DNA from: Opitutales bacterium
GTDB taxonomy: Bacteria; Verrucomicrobiota; Verrucomicrobiia; Opitutales; JABSRG01
Assembly: GCA_049599475.1 (NCBI GenBank)
Contig: JBMYOQ010000023.1
Span: forward strand, 1-48,295
Direction of reading: 5' to 3'
Length of the DNA: 48,295 nt
Part shown: positions 19,170 through 29,463 of the stretch, one piece after another
Layout of the letters: every line of letters begins with the position of its first letter
How positions within the stretch are numbered: the first letter of the stretch is position 1
The notes under the pieces: model-generated
Seen by the model: the letters and a program-made list of their open reading frames with translations, nothing else
Database searches by the model: none
Told to the model about the DNA's origin: nothing
Translations under genes and position numbers: made by a program

Positions 19170-22004
19170 ATGAATTTTGTAAGACTGATTGTCTTTGTAT
19201 CTCTATTAAGGTTTATCACATCCGCTTCTGGCGCATCTCCACTCGTTGTTGAGAATGGTGATTTTGAGCTGCCTGGGGACACCTGGACTGCAGGGGGAGG
19301 GATCCCTGACGGTTGGAAGGTCAGCAATCATGAAATTGTGTATGGTAACGGGCTGGCGGATGGAACACATGGTTCCATTGGTCTGAACCATCGGTGGTTC
19401 AAATCGCCCGGATTTTTAGGAGGTGGTAGATCCTTGTATTTGATCGATCCTGAAGGCGCAGTAGTTAGAAATATAGCGGATGGTCAGCTGTCAGCAGGAG
19501 TTTTGTACCGGCTTTCATATGGCTACTTTAGTTACACAGGGAAGGACGTTTCTATAGAGGCACGCTTACTTGTAGAGGGTGAGGTCGTCGCGTCCCAGAG
19601 ATTTGCGGGAGGCGAGATACCTCACCGGCAATGGCAATCGCGTACGCTCGAATATGTTGCAGATGAAACAAGTGATGGAGAGTTGCTAACGATCGAGTTC
19701 GTCCTTACGGGGGCTGGAGATCTTCGACTGGATGGTGTCCGAATAGTAACCATTACACCAGAGATTGCTGAGCTCGATGCTATCTATAGCGAACTTGTTG
19801 CGCGTGTGGATGGTTACCCTACACAAACGCTTAGAGACCGCCAGAAAAAGGCCTTGATGGAGTTGAGCCTAGAGCGCGCGCAGATTGCTAAAAACGGATT
19901 TTTAATTGATCGCTATCGCGAACTGCTAAGCGACTTGGGTGCGTTTATCGAAGTACCTGCGGACAATCATAGTCGTGGGAGCCTTCGAGACAGTATTTTG
20001 AAGCCTTTAATTACTGTTGAGGGGAATCCGTATGTCGAAGCGCTGTATTCATGGATAGAAGGAAAAATTGAATCGAAGGACACATTTCTTGCGCTTGCGA
20101 CAGAGACGTTTAATCCCCTCGAAAATCGACATGATGTGCGACGTATGGCGGCCGATATGAATCGTTTGTTTTGGTTGTCTACGCATCCACAAAGCAAATA
20201 CAATGGAGACCCTGAAGTCTTGAAGCGCTTGTTTCGGAGGCTGCATGCTTACCAACAGGCACACCTGTTGCACGGAAACAGTTACCGAGCGGTTTCTAAT
20301 GATTTCTTTGCAATAGGGCCGATGGTTGAAGCACTTTACACAACCCAGACGTTATACGCTGATTTGTTGTTAGCGAGTGATGTGCAGGCTTGGGATCAGA
20401 CAATGAGCCGCGTGAAGGATTTCTGGATGAAAGTATTCAAGAATCAGAAAGAAGGGCCCTATCGAATGGGGAGATACGCGAATAGAGATTTAGCAGTTGC
20501 GAATATATTGATGACCACAGGTTTATACTTCAATGATGACGAGGCAATCGAAGCTTCACATTGGCTGGTTGAAGAGCAATGGGATAATTTGTATCCAGAT
20601 GGTGCATTCGCATACATAGGAACGCAGAATGAAATCAGTCGCTATCATCGCGAGGATGTGCAGTTTCTCACTACATTCTATCATCTTTCCGGAGAATCTA
20701 GAGTGCTCGAGTTACTCAAGGCTACCGAATGGTATGCTGGCTTGAGTACTGAGCCTGGAAACGTATCGGATCTCTGGACAGCACCCTCGTGGAAGCACGA
20801 TTGGATCAGCGCAGGTTATGGGGGAGAGGCTGTTGTCGCGCTATCGGGTAATCGCCTTGAGCGTGAAATGCTCGATCGATTGATTGAAAGGGAAGGAGCG
20901 AAACCGTCGCCGAAAAACGCAATGTGGTATGATGGTGGAATCGTCGCAGGAGAACATCCCGATAATTACGCTGTGTATGATCGAAATATACAGGGGCCTC
21001 GTGGGCGTTTTGGCCGTTTTAGCTATGCAGCGTCGCTCCGGACTCCGGATGATTCGGAGCCTGGAAAGAGTGCGATCATGGGAGCAATGACTTTGAATGA
21101 AAACCTCGATACTGAAAGACCCTTGGACGCCATGTGGATGGGCTTTATGCCGGGGGTCGCTTTGAATAGGTTTTCAGGGAATGAGGGCCGAGAATCTCAA
21201 CGGGCATATCTCGCGAGCGGCGGTCATTCTGAGGTGATTATGGGCAGGGATTGGAGTGCCGTTTTTCGCGATTACGATATGCATACATTTAGATCTTCAA
21301 AAAAGGGAGTGGTGGTGCCGTGGCAGGGGCTACAGCTTTGGGTTGCCGACCGTGATCGCATTTTTGGCCTTATGGAAGTAGCTCCGAATGAAAGCTCTTC
21401 GGCGAGCGAGATTGATCTAAGATCGCAGGTCAGATTCCATAATGGATATGAGAAAATCGGAGAGGACAAATGGATGTTCGGAAACCTTAATGTCTCAGTC
21501 TTGGATCATAACTTTGATACCCTACGGACTGTTGTTTCTGAAAAGAACAAGTCTCCTCAGCTCGAGATAATATATTCATCTTATCCTGACAAAGAAGAGG
21601 GTAATGCTTTGCGCGATATGGAAGCGCAGACTCATTATGCCCTTGTCGAAGTATCTCATGGATTGCCGGAGTCGCCAGCCTCTGTCTTTCGATTTATCCG
21701 GGGCGATCTTCGCTGTTTATACGTGAATACAGGGAGTCGCGTGTTTGTGCTTGTGGTAAACTCTGGGGAGCTTCCTGTGGAATTTACCCTTGGGAATCGA
21801 GATCCCGACTCTTGGATGCATTATCCAGCTAATAAATCAAAGGACGCGCATCGGATGGAAGGTGTGGGAAAGATCCAGTTGGGACCGAAGGAAAGTAGGA
21901 TTTTGGTTTCGGAGCGCTTTGATTCCGGAGTCCACGTGCGCGCATGGCCCGATTTCGAAACCCTGGTTGAATCGAAATCAATCAGCGTATCAAAAAACCT
22001 ATAA
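19170..22004 (+). CDS. Secreted protein with a CBM4/9-like N-terminal module and a lyase-fold (alpha/alpha + beta-supersandwich) domain of unknown family
   Basis: Signal peptide; VENGDFE..PDGW..WQSRTLEY..LRLDGVRI (CBM-like). The core is homologous to 29774..33298 (DGAFAYIGTQNE, TAPSWKH, GPRGR, QLW). Confidence 0.6.
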   Translation: MNFVRLIVFVSLLRFITSASGASPLVVENGDFELPGDTWTAGGGIPDGWKVSNHEIVYGNGLADGTHGSIGLNHRWFKSPGFLGGGRSLYLIDPEGAVVRNIADGQLSAGVLYRLSYGYFSYTGKDVSIEARLLVEGEVVASQRFAGGEIPHRQWQSRTLEYVADETSDGELLTIEFVLTGAGDLRLDGVRIVTITPEIAELDAIYSELVARVDGYPTQTLRDRQKKALMELSLERAQIAKNGFLIDRYRELLSDLGAFIEVPADNHSRGSLRDSILKPLITVEGNPYVEALYSWIEGKIESKDTFLALATETFNPLENRHDVRRMAADMNRLFWLSTHPQSKYNGDPEVLKRLFRRLHAYQQAHLLHGNSYRAVSNDFFAIGPMVEALYTTQTLYADLLLASDVQAWDQTMSRVKDFWMKVFKNQKEGPYRMGRYANRDLAVANILMTTGLYFNDDEAIEASHWLVEEQWDNLYPDGAFAYIGTQNEISRYHREDVQFLTTFYHLSGESRVLELLKATEWYAGLSTEPGNVSDLWTAPSWKHDWISAGYGGEAVVALSGNRLEREMLDRLIEREGAKPSPKNAMWYDGGIVAGEHPDNYAVYDRNIQGPRGRFGRFSYAASLRTPDDSEPGKSAIMGAMTLNENLDTERPLDAMWMGFMPGVALNRFSGNEGRESQRAYLASGGHSEVIMGRDWSAVFRDYDMHTFRSSKKGVVVPWQGLQLWVADRDRIFGLMEVAPNESSSASEIDLRSQVRFHNGYEKIGEDKWMFGNLNVSVLDHNFDTLRTVVSEKNKSPQLEIIYSSYPDKEEGNALRDMEAQTHYALVEVSHGLPESPASVFRFIRGDLRCLYVNTGSRVFVLVVNSGELPVEFTLGNRDPDSWMHYPANKSKDAHRMEGVGKIQLGPKESRILVSERFDSGVHVRAWPDFETLVESKSISVSKNL

Positions 22005-22298
22005 TAGAAATGGACTCAATTTAATGATGGGTATCAATCTGCGCATTCGGTCGGACTTTTGCGTATTTGGGATTTCGATTTTTATGTAAAAATAGTGTCA
22101 CCTAGTAGCGTTTCGAAAGAATCTACGACAGGGTCAAAGCAAGGCAGCGCTTCGCTAATTTTTATCCGTTTTATCGTGTTTATTTACTGCGAATTCGCCG
22201 TGTGTCCTACACGCGATTCGATTTCTGTTGAAATTTTTAGAGGAGAGTCCGGGCCGAGGGTATTTGGTTCAGTAAAATCATTTAATTTATAAAAAATA

Positions 22299-24791
22299 AT
22301 GAAGAAAGATACATTTCTGACGAGCATAAGGGCTATGACACTAGTATGCGTGGCTACATTGGCAGTTGCTTTGGCATCGGCCAAACAGGAGTTCAAATTG
22401 CCACCGCAGGAGTCGGCATATCTTTCTGGAGATCAGGTTCTCAATAACGAGATGAATTGGCCTGAGTCGCCCGCAGTGGAGTATTCTCTGGATGATAGTG
22501 GGTATCGGGGGTATGATCTTTCCGAGGTGCCTGCGCCTGGGATTCATCCACGGATTCTCATGAGTCCTGAGGATATTCCTGATGTCCGATCACGTTTAGA
22601 GAATACCGAGGCTGGGCGTGCCAAGGTCAAATATGTTAACGATCGGCTTAATAGAACTATTTACAAAGCAGGTACGAAGTATGAACGTGCTTATCGATGT
22701 CTTGTAGCAGGGGACTTTGCTGGCTTTAAGAAAATTGATGATGAGGAAGTATTAGGAAATACGGGGCATTATCAACGCGCGGTCATTTTCGAGATTATGC
22801 TGCAGTCTTTTATGGCTACCATTTTTGAGGATGAGGTTAAGGGTAAAGAATCTGCGATTGCTATTACCACCTGGGCTGAAGGTATGATTCCAGTATTTGA
22901 AAAGACTCGTGTGAATAATGATAACCAGCAGCGTGGTGGACATTCAGTGTATCAGTGGTTGGGGTTTACTTACGACTTCGCGTATAACTTTATGTCGGAC
23001 GCGCAGCGCGACCGTGTGAGATCGGTGATTTCGCTGATCACGAAGAATGCATTTATCCATGGTATGGAGCTGCCACCGCACTTCAGGGTATGGAATTGGA
23101 TGAATGTTTCGAATCACTTTACCCTTTTGGCATTAGCGATTGAAGGAGAAGAGGGCTACGAAGAGCGTCTTTACCCCAAGGCGATTGAAGTATTTATGGA
23201 TTACATTACGCGAAACTATTCAAAGAAGGGGAGTAGCACGGAGGCTGCTGGCTACACGACCTTTGGTTGGAGATGGGGGGCTCCCATGCTCATTGCTGCT
23301 GCGAGGCGTGGTGACCACCTCGCTATCATTGATCGCTACAGAGAAATTTCCAAATGGCATGCTGCTGTTACGCACCCTAATGGTAAGGGCGTGACGTCTC
23401 ATGGCGATGGGGGCGATACGATGCCATCGCGCGAGGAAATTCAGATAATGAAATACCTCTATCCTGACGATCCGATTATTGATTATAACTGGCAGAATTT
23501 TGTCTTACCGGTCCTGCGCGGTAAACGGGATAATCCTCAAATTATCGCTCCTATGATTTGTGCGATTGATGGGATGAAGGACGAAAATGGTGATTATATC
23601 GATTATAATTTTGGTAAAGCTCTCGACCTTCCTGAAACATTCTACGATGAAGAACGCGGCAACCTCATCGCCCGCAGTGGTTATTATGAAGACGCGGTAT
23701 TTTTCAACATGGAGGCTCGGACAGATACATTCTATGTGGGGCACCAACATGCGGATAGAGGCAATTTTTCACTCTTCGCTCATGGCAAAAATTGGTCGCC
23801 CGAGTCGTTCCGGTCGGTAGAGAGTCACTACCACAATATTGTGCTTATTGATGGGAAGGGGCAGGGGATGTGGACGCCTCCGGCCGATTGGATGAAAAAG
23901 GAGGAAAATGAGTTCTCTGTGTTTGGCATCTGTAAAACGGACTATGCTTACGCTTGGTGGTGGCCAAAGGGAATCGTCGGGACCGACTTATCCGATGCAA
24001 AGTTTGAGATGGAGCGCTTTTCAGGGTATAAAACCGTGGTAGATTTCATACAGAATAATTATGACTGGGAATATGAAACACACCCGCAGGTAATTGAGCA
24101 CTTTGAAGGGTTTGTTCATCCAAATGCTAAAATGTGGGATGAGGACGGATGGACAGTAAGAATTCCTCACAATCCGGTTCAACGGGCCTACCGAACCGCT
24201 GGATTGGTAAAAGGAGAGCATCCTTACCTCTTCATCGCCGACGATATTCAGAAAGACGATCAAGTCAGGTTGTATGAGTGGGTCTTAATGTTGAGCCTTG
24301 ATACTGTGCCGGTAAGTATCACGGAAAAATTCGGTGTATCAGGGACTCACTCCCATCCGTTGAAATTTGGTTACGAAGAGCCCTACACGGATATTTTGCT
24401 AGCAGATACGGATACTCCAGTTCGCAACGGCAAGTATCGTCCCAAGAAGGGGGATCCACTGCTTCTCGTCAGAGTTCTCAATAAGTCTGAACCGGGGATT
24501 GAGTTAGGATATGATACGCGGGGAAATGTCCGTGTGGAGACCTTTGAGAAAAAGGATAAGTTGCAGACATCGGGAGGACGTTCCTTTGGGCTAGATCGCC
24601 GTTTGATTGTGCCTAGTCGATCGGTCTCGCCTGATTTCAGGATTCTTATATATCCACACCGTTTTGGCGATCCATTGCCGGAAACTCATTGGTCGAATGA
24701 AACGCAAGAGCTCAAAATTACCATCGGTGCGCAGTCTGATTCTATTCAACTTAAGCCGAATGGGGAAGGCATCGAGGTGACGCGTCTGTAG
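22299..24791 (+). CDS. Secreted heparinase II/III-like putative polysaccharide lyase
   Basis: Signal peptide; PGIHPRILM, LGFTYDFAYNFM, WNW, ALAIEGEEG, HQHADRGNFSL, HNIVLIDG. Paralog of 6997..9771. Confidence 0.72.
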   Translation: MKKDTFLTSIRAMTLVCVATLAVALASAKQEFKLPPQESAYLSGDQVLNNEMNWPESPAVEYSLDDSGYRGYDLSEVPAPGIHPRILMSPEDIPDVRSRLENTEAGRAKVKYVNDRLNRTIYKAGTKYERAYRCLVAGDFAGFKKIDDEEVLGNTGHYQRAVIFEIMLQSFMATIFEDEVKGKESAIAITTWAEGMIPVFEKTRVNNDNQQRGGHSVYQWLGFTYDFAYNFMSDAQRDRVRSVISLITKNAFIHGMELPPHFRVWNWMNVSNHFTLLALAIEGEEGYEERLYPKAIEVFMDYITRNYSKKGSSTEAAGYTTFGWRWGAPMLIAAARRGDHLAIIDRYREISKWHAAVTHPNGKGVTSHGDGGDTMPSREEIQIMKYLYPDDPIIDYNWQNFVLPVLRGKRDNPQIIAPMICAIDGMKDENGDYIDYNFGKALDLPETFYDEERGNLIARSGYYEDAVFFNMEARTDTFYVGHQHADRGNFSLFAHGKNWSPESFRSVESHYHNIVLIDGKGQGMWTPPADWMKKEENEFSVFGICKTDYAYAWWWPKGIVGTDLSDAKFEMERFSGYKTVVDFIQNNYDWEYETHPQVIEHFEGFVHPNAKMWDEDGWTVRIPHNPVQRAYRTAGLVKGEHPYLFIADDIQKDDQVRLYEWVLMLSLDTVPVSITEKFGVSGTHSHPLKFGYEEPYTDILLADTDTPVRNGKYRPKKGDPLLLVRVLNKSEPGIELGYDTRGNVRVETFEKKDKLQTSGGRSFGLDRRLIVPSRSVSPDFRILIYPHRFGDPLPETHWSNETQELKITIGAQSDSIQLKPNGEGIEVTRL

Positions 24792-24839
24792 GTGCTTCGC
24801 GGCGATGCAAATGGATCGCCCAAGAAGTATTTTTACATT

Positions 24840-24942
24840 GGTAGTGGCGGACGACTCCGGCCGCCATAAGCGTGTCAGCCCAAGCCTGTCTAGCTCAAGC
24901 AGCTTGCGTCGAGTCGTGTCGGCTCGGTGAACCGACGCTACC
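24840..24942. repeat. REPIN (inverted REP doublet)
   Basis: GGTAGTGGCGGACGACTCCGGCCGCCA ... TGTCGGCTCGGTGAACCGACGCTACC; GTAG ends face outward and each arm is internally palindromic. Confidence 0.75.
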
Positions 24943-25351
24943 TGTTTCCAAATGTGAAAAAACTTGATTACAATTCCGCTAGTGCCGGACTCTTATTGAT
25001 TTTGACTTATCAAAAATGAGCCGTTTTCCAGTGTTTTCGCAATTTGCCCGGGAAAATCGCAAAATCGGCATTTCGAACAAGGTTCGTGAGGGGTATTTTT
25101 CTGTTAATCTAACGTAAATTATTCACGAGATCACACTTGATTTGATCTCTTTCAAAACCCTGAACCCCCCTAGACAAGCATGGCATGTATTGTTTGCCTC
25201 GTGTGCTCGACAGCGCTCGAGTGCTCAGAATGAGCTGCTGTGTTTTTCATCGCATTGATGTGAGGCGTAGGTGTGCCTGCTATGAACACGAAACACGCGC
25301 GATGTTGGGGCCCGAAAATCTCAAAAACTTCACCGAGAATGCTCCATTCTA

Positions 25352-28300
25352 ATGAACTTTAACCGAGCTATATCCTACAAACCCGTGAGCGACGAAGGAG
25401 CTTTGGAACTTCAAAAAAAACAGACGAATTCATTGAGAGGATTCGCCCTTGTAATGGCGATGCTTCTTGTATCGTTCCTCCTGCTGTTGGCGGTGAGCTT
25501 CACATCACTGGTCGTTGATGAAACGAATGTAACTAAAGAAAGTGTAAACCGGCATCTCGCTCGGCAGAATGCGATGTTTGGTGTGCAGATTGCACTTGGG
25601 GAGTTGCAGGCTAATCTTGGGCCTGATCAACGTGTTTCGGCCCGAGCTGAGATTCTGGATTCTTCACCAAGCTCACCCTCAATAGACGGTGTGAATCACC
25701 CTCACTGGGTAGGTGTCTGGAAAACGCAGAACCCTGCGGATCCTGACTCGGAGCTCGAGAGTGGTTTGCGAAACTGGAGTTACAATACTGAGGGGCCAAA
25801 ATGGTTGGTGTCTCAGTCCCAAGACACGGTTCCTGATCCGCGAAATATAAACGCTACATCTTGGATGATGCTAGCAAGTAATATTCGGAGTGGGGATTCG
25901 AGCACGGGTTCGATCTACGTTCCTAAGGTCTCGGTAAACGATGGGGCGTCGGCATTTGCTTGGGTTGTTTTTGACGAGGGTATGAAGGCGGATGTCAGCC
26001 AAGAGAATCCGTATAAGGATATCTCGGCGGACGATGCCTTAGATAATCAGCTTAATTTCCTGACATCTACCAAATACGCACCAGTGCTTAATTCTGAAAT
26101 TGGAAGCGTTTTTGGTAGTATCTCGTCAGGTTTGGAGAAAGTTTCATCATTGCAAGATGTGGGATTCTTAGCGGAAACAGGCCAGACATATGAAGAAGTC
26201 AGTGATTCCTTAATACAGCATTCGGGAGATTTTACGACGGGGTCTTATGGGATAATTGCTAATGTTAGTAAAGGCGGGCTCCGGAAGGACCTATCTCGCG
26301 GGCTCGATGATCAATTTTTGGAAACGTTATCTGCACAGACTTCATTTTCCGACAATTTGATTTATGAAGACAGCGCAAATGGTGTCTACGGACCAAATTG
26401 GGATGTATTGGCAGCGCATTACAAAATGTATCGTGAGAACAATCCCGCAGTTGCTAACTACTCAAGCGGTGGCTTTATTGATTATGTAGATACGGGCAAT
26501 CTTGGTCCTAACGGAATCTCTGATCCGCGGGATTGGTTGCCATCGGTGGCTCCACGATTTGCTTCTGCTGTGAACGGCGTGAGGCTTACTTCGAAGATTC
26601 TCACAAATCATCATGAAACAGGCTATTTTCGAAAAGATCCTGATACCCGGAATTCTGAAACAATTACTGCGATACAGAATCAAATTTTTCCAATAATTGT
26701 AAACGCGAGGATTGATCTTGGTCTCGAGAGTTATTCTTTCACCGATTCGGATTCGAACCCAAAGGTCGGGCTAAAGCTCAAATTGTATCCGGTCTTAACG
26801 TTGTGGAATCCCTATAATGTTACACTATCCGAGCGGGATTACCTTCTGCGATGGAAAACCTGGACGAACACCAGTGGAAAAATTGCGTTTCATGATGCTA
26901 TTTCGGGCGCCTTGCTTGAGGAGATCTTTGTGAAGTTTGGTGAGAGTTTTGGATCAGGGCAGGGGATTGTGAAAATGAAAACAGTTCCTGTGTCATTTGC
27001 GCCAGGAAAGGTTCGGGTTTTTACGCCTGATGCTTTATCCGCATCTCTGGACCTTGGGGCATCGCTGTGGGAGGATCTTGAGCTGGTTTCTAGTGCGAAT
27101 ACTAGCTCAGATGTTTCATATAGCGTGGATTTAGTAAACAACCAGAGTATCGTCGCCACTTACATAAATAATGCGAAAAGCGATTGGAACGGAATTTCTG
27201 ATCCATCGGGTTCTGTGGAGGTAAAATTCTCCTATCGAATAGCCTCCCAACCTAATAATCTCGAGGAGCGTTTGCGCACGACTCAATTTAGCTTAGCGGC
27301 TCCGCGAATTAATGGGCTTCCCCGATCTTCGAGCACAGGCAGTGAGCCGATCGGGTACATAGCAAAAAACATAAATGTAGAAATGCCCGACCCTCGAGAA
27401 TTAGACCTTGGACTCCTATCCAATTTGAATGAGCGTGTATCAGGAGCGATATTACGTATAGCGAGTGTGGATAACAGTGTGGCTCCGGTTTTTTCACAGA
27501 TGAATCTCAGGAGGTCTCAAGACGTAACGAGCGAATTCGAATTGCCCGCGATCTACGAAAGCGTCTATGATCTAAGCAATGGTAGTAGTTCCGAGCTTGA
27601 GGTCGAAAGTCTAGACGGAATCGGCTTTTGGGGAAATGCCTCGAGTTCAGGCGGGGAGTCGCATGTCGTACTTTTCGATGTTCCGAGACTGCCCTTGCTT
27701 TCTGTAGGCTCGCTCATGCATGCCGATGGGGGCTATGATGATTGGGCGCCGAATTACGTCATTGGTGGTAGTTTAGCATCCCCTTACATTCCGCGGGATA
27801 AACGGGTGGCTGATCCTTTCTATGTCGACTTATCGCACTACGCGAATGAGGCGATCTTCGATCAATACTTTTTCTCATCAGTGCCTTCGAGCGATCGCGC
27901 TCAAAACAATACAGCTCCATTTAATGAGGAATTTGATCAGGGTTACTTAGAGGCAGGTTTACCCTTGCCCAACCCAAGCATGATTGCTGTGAGCCCGAGT
28001 GGGAATGTGCCCGCGATCAGTGAATTACGGGATTTTGATACTGCCGCGGAAAATTTGCTCATCAAAGGTGCTTTTAATGTGAACTCCACATCTGTAGCGG
28101 CATGGGAGGCGTTTCTTGGCGGACTGCGCGGACAGGAAATGAAGGTATATTCCATGCAAACCGATAGCGAATTAACACTGGGAGAAGCTGAAATGCAGAA
28201 CCCATTCTCTCGTTTCTCGTCTCCCCTGGGGAGAGCCAACGATGACTGGAATGGTTTTCGCGTTCTCAGTGACGATGAAATCCGCGAGCTCGCTGAGGCG

Positions 28301-28795
28301 ATTGTAGAGCAAGTAAAACTGCGCGGCCCTTTCTTGTCTCTAAGCGACTTTGTTAATAGACGGCTGAGCAATGATATCCTCGGCTATTCAGGTGCCTTGC
28401 AGGCTGCGATTGATAGTACAACGATAAATGCTGGACTGGACAACAATCCATTGGATAGCTCACCCTTTCCGCATCAAGAAAATTTGGTTTCGGGGAATGG
28501 TGTGGGTCAACCGACTTGGTTGATGCAGCAAGATATTCTCGTTTCGCATGCACCGAAAATTTCTGCACGTAGTGATACGTTCATTATTCGTTCCTATGGA
28601 GAGGTCGCTGGCTCCTCGGATGATGCTCCTGCTGCGACAGCATGGTGCGAGGTGAAGGTGCAGAGAGTTGCATCCTTTGTGGATGAAATTGCCAACGATC
28701 CGTCTGATGAGGTCTCCGAATTGAGTGCGGTGAATGCACAATTTGGTAGGGGCTTCAAGGTTGTGGACTTTCGTTGGATAGATAACCCGAATTGA
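25352..28795 (+). CDS. Large PilX/GspK-like minor (pseudo)pilin, Verru_Chthon cassette protein A-like
   Basis: Prepilin-type site RG|FALVMAMLL.. without Glu5; ARQNAMFG..ALGELQ..LGPDQRVSARA, DEGMKA, GGLRKDLS, GAFNVNSTSVAAWEA, RGPFLSLSDFVNRRL, ARSDTFIIRSYGE, FGRGFKVVDFRW. Confidence 0.8.
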   Translation: MNFNRAISYKPVSDEGALELQKKQTNSLRGFALVMAMLLVSFLLLLAVSFTSLVVDETNVTKESVNRHLARQNAMFGVQIALGELQANLGPDQRVSARAEILDSSPSSPSIDGVNHPHWVGVWKTQNPADPDSELESGLRNWSYNTEGPKWLVSQSQDTVPDPRNINATSWMMLASNIRSGDSSTGSIYVPKVSVNDGASAFAWVVFDEGMKADVSQENPYKDISADDALDNQLNFLTSTKYAPVLNSEIGSVFGSISSGLEKVSSLQDVGFLAETGQTYEEVSDSLIQHSGDFTTGSYGIIANVSKGGLRKDLSRGLDDQFLETLSAQTSFSDNLIYEDSANGVYGPNWDVLAAHYKMYRENNPAVANYSSGGFIDYVDTGNLGPNGISDPRDWLPSVAPRFASAVNGVRLTSKILTNHHETGYFRKDPDTRNSETITAIQNQIFPIIVNARIDLGLESYSFTDSDSNPKVGLKLKLYPVLTLWNPYNVTLSERDYLLRWKTWTNTSGKIAFHDAISGALLEEIFVKFGESFGSGQGIVKMKTVPVSFAPGKVRVFTPDALSASLDLGASLWEDLELVSSANTSSDVSYSVDLVNNQSIVATYINNAKSDWNGISDPSGSVEVKFSYRIASQPNNLEERLRTTQFSLAAPRINGLPRSSSTGSEPIGYIAKNINVEMPDPRELDLGLLSNLNERVSGAILRIASVDNSVAPVFSQMNLRRSQDVTSEFELPAIYESVYDLSNGSSSELEVESLDGIGFWGNASSSGGESHVVLFDVPRLPLLSVGSLMHADGGYDDWAPNYVIGGSLASPYIPRDKRVADPFYVDLSHYANEAIFDQYFFSSVPSSDRAQNNTAPFNEEFDQGYLEAGLPLPNPSMIAVSPSGNVPAISELRDFDTAAENLLIKGAFNVNSTSVAAWEAFLGGLRGQEMKVYSMQTDSELTLGEAEMQNPFSRFSSPLGRANDDWNGFRVLSDDEIRELAEAIVEQVKLRGPFLSLSDFVNRRLSNDILGYSGALQAAIDSTTINAGLDNNPLDSSPFPHQENLVSGNGVGQPTWLMQQDILVSHAPKISARSDTFIIRSYGEVAGSSDDAPAATAWCEVKVQRVASFVDEIANDPSDEVSELSAVNAQFGRGFKVVDFRWIDNPN

Positions 28796-28812
28796 GAGTA
28801 GGAGTCGAAAAT

Positions 28813-29463
28813 ATGAATTTTAGAATCTTTCTATTTGCCTGGGTGTTCTTTGGGATCTGTAGCCGAGCCTATCCACAAGATGAGATTGTGGAGATTGATT
28901 TCCAGGTCATAAGTATGAGTGGAACCCTGCGCAGTTTAGTTTATGAAAACGGGGACGGCCAGCGGTCACCGATTCTCGCCTATGAAACATCGAGATCGTT
29001 TGTATATGAATATAGGGGGGCGCCAGTCTTGAATTTATATGAAAAAGATGCCGTGGAAGAGGCACTGCCTGTTGCGTCGGTTGATCTGGCGCAGGCCGGA
29101 AAAAAGAACTTGATGATAGTGTCTGAGGGGTCGAATGGGACCTATTCGGTTGTATTGATTCGAGACGATCCAGACACGCACCCCTTGGGGAGCTACCGTT
29201 TTTTCAATACGATTGGAAACCTCATCGCAATCAGCGCGAATGAAGATAGATACATGGTAGAGCCTTGGTCATCCAAAGTTGTCCAAGGGTTTGAGCCCGG
29301 GTCTGATGACATACGGTGTAGAATACGTGTCGCTATTCACGATAATGACTCATGGGAAATGCTCTACACGAATACTTGGATCGGATCTGCATCGGAGCGA
29401 TATTTGGTGATTATCGAAAAAAATGCCGAGGGGAGGGCGATTTTAAAAAGGATAAAGGGATAA
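28813..29463 (+). CDS. Secreted hypothetical protein directly downstream of the PilX/GspK-like gene
   Basis: ORF track start is 28792 (TTG, overlapping the upstream stop). ATG 28813 follows AGGAG and gives a signal peptide (MNFRIFLFAWVFFGICSRAYP). Beta-rich. Confidence 0.7.
   Translation: MNFRIFLFAWVFFGICSRAYPQDEIVEIDFQVISMSGTLRSLVYENGDGQRSPILAYETSRSFVYEYRGAPVLNLYEKDAVEEALPVASVDLAQAGKKNLMIVSEGSNGTYSVVLIRDDPDTHPLGSYRFFNTIGNLIAISANEDRYMVEPWSSKVVQGFEPGSDDIRCRIRVAIHDNDSWEMLYTNTWIGSASERYLVIIEKNAEGRAILKRIKG

Noticed and set aside
25413..25420. A8 tract near the 5' end of the PilX/GspK-like gene as a slippage switch
   Set aside because: The frame is intact, it encodes the usual basic prepilin leader (QKKQ), and the length is unremarkable.
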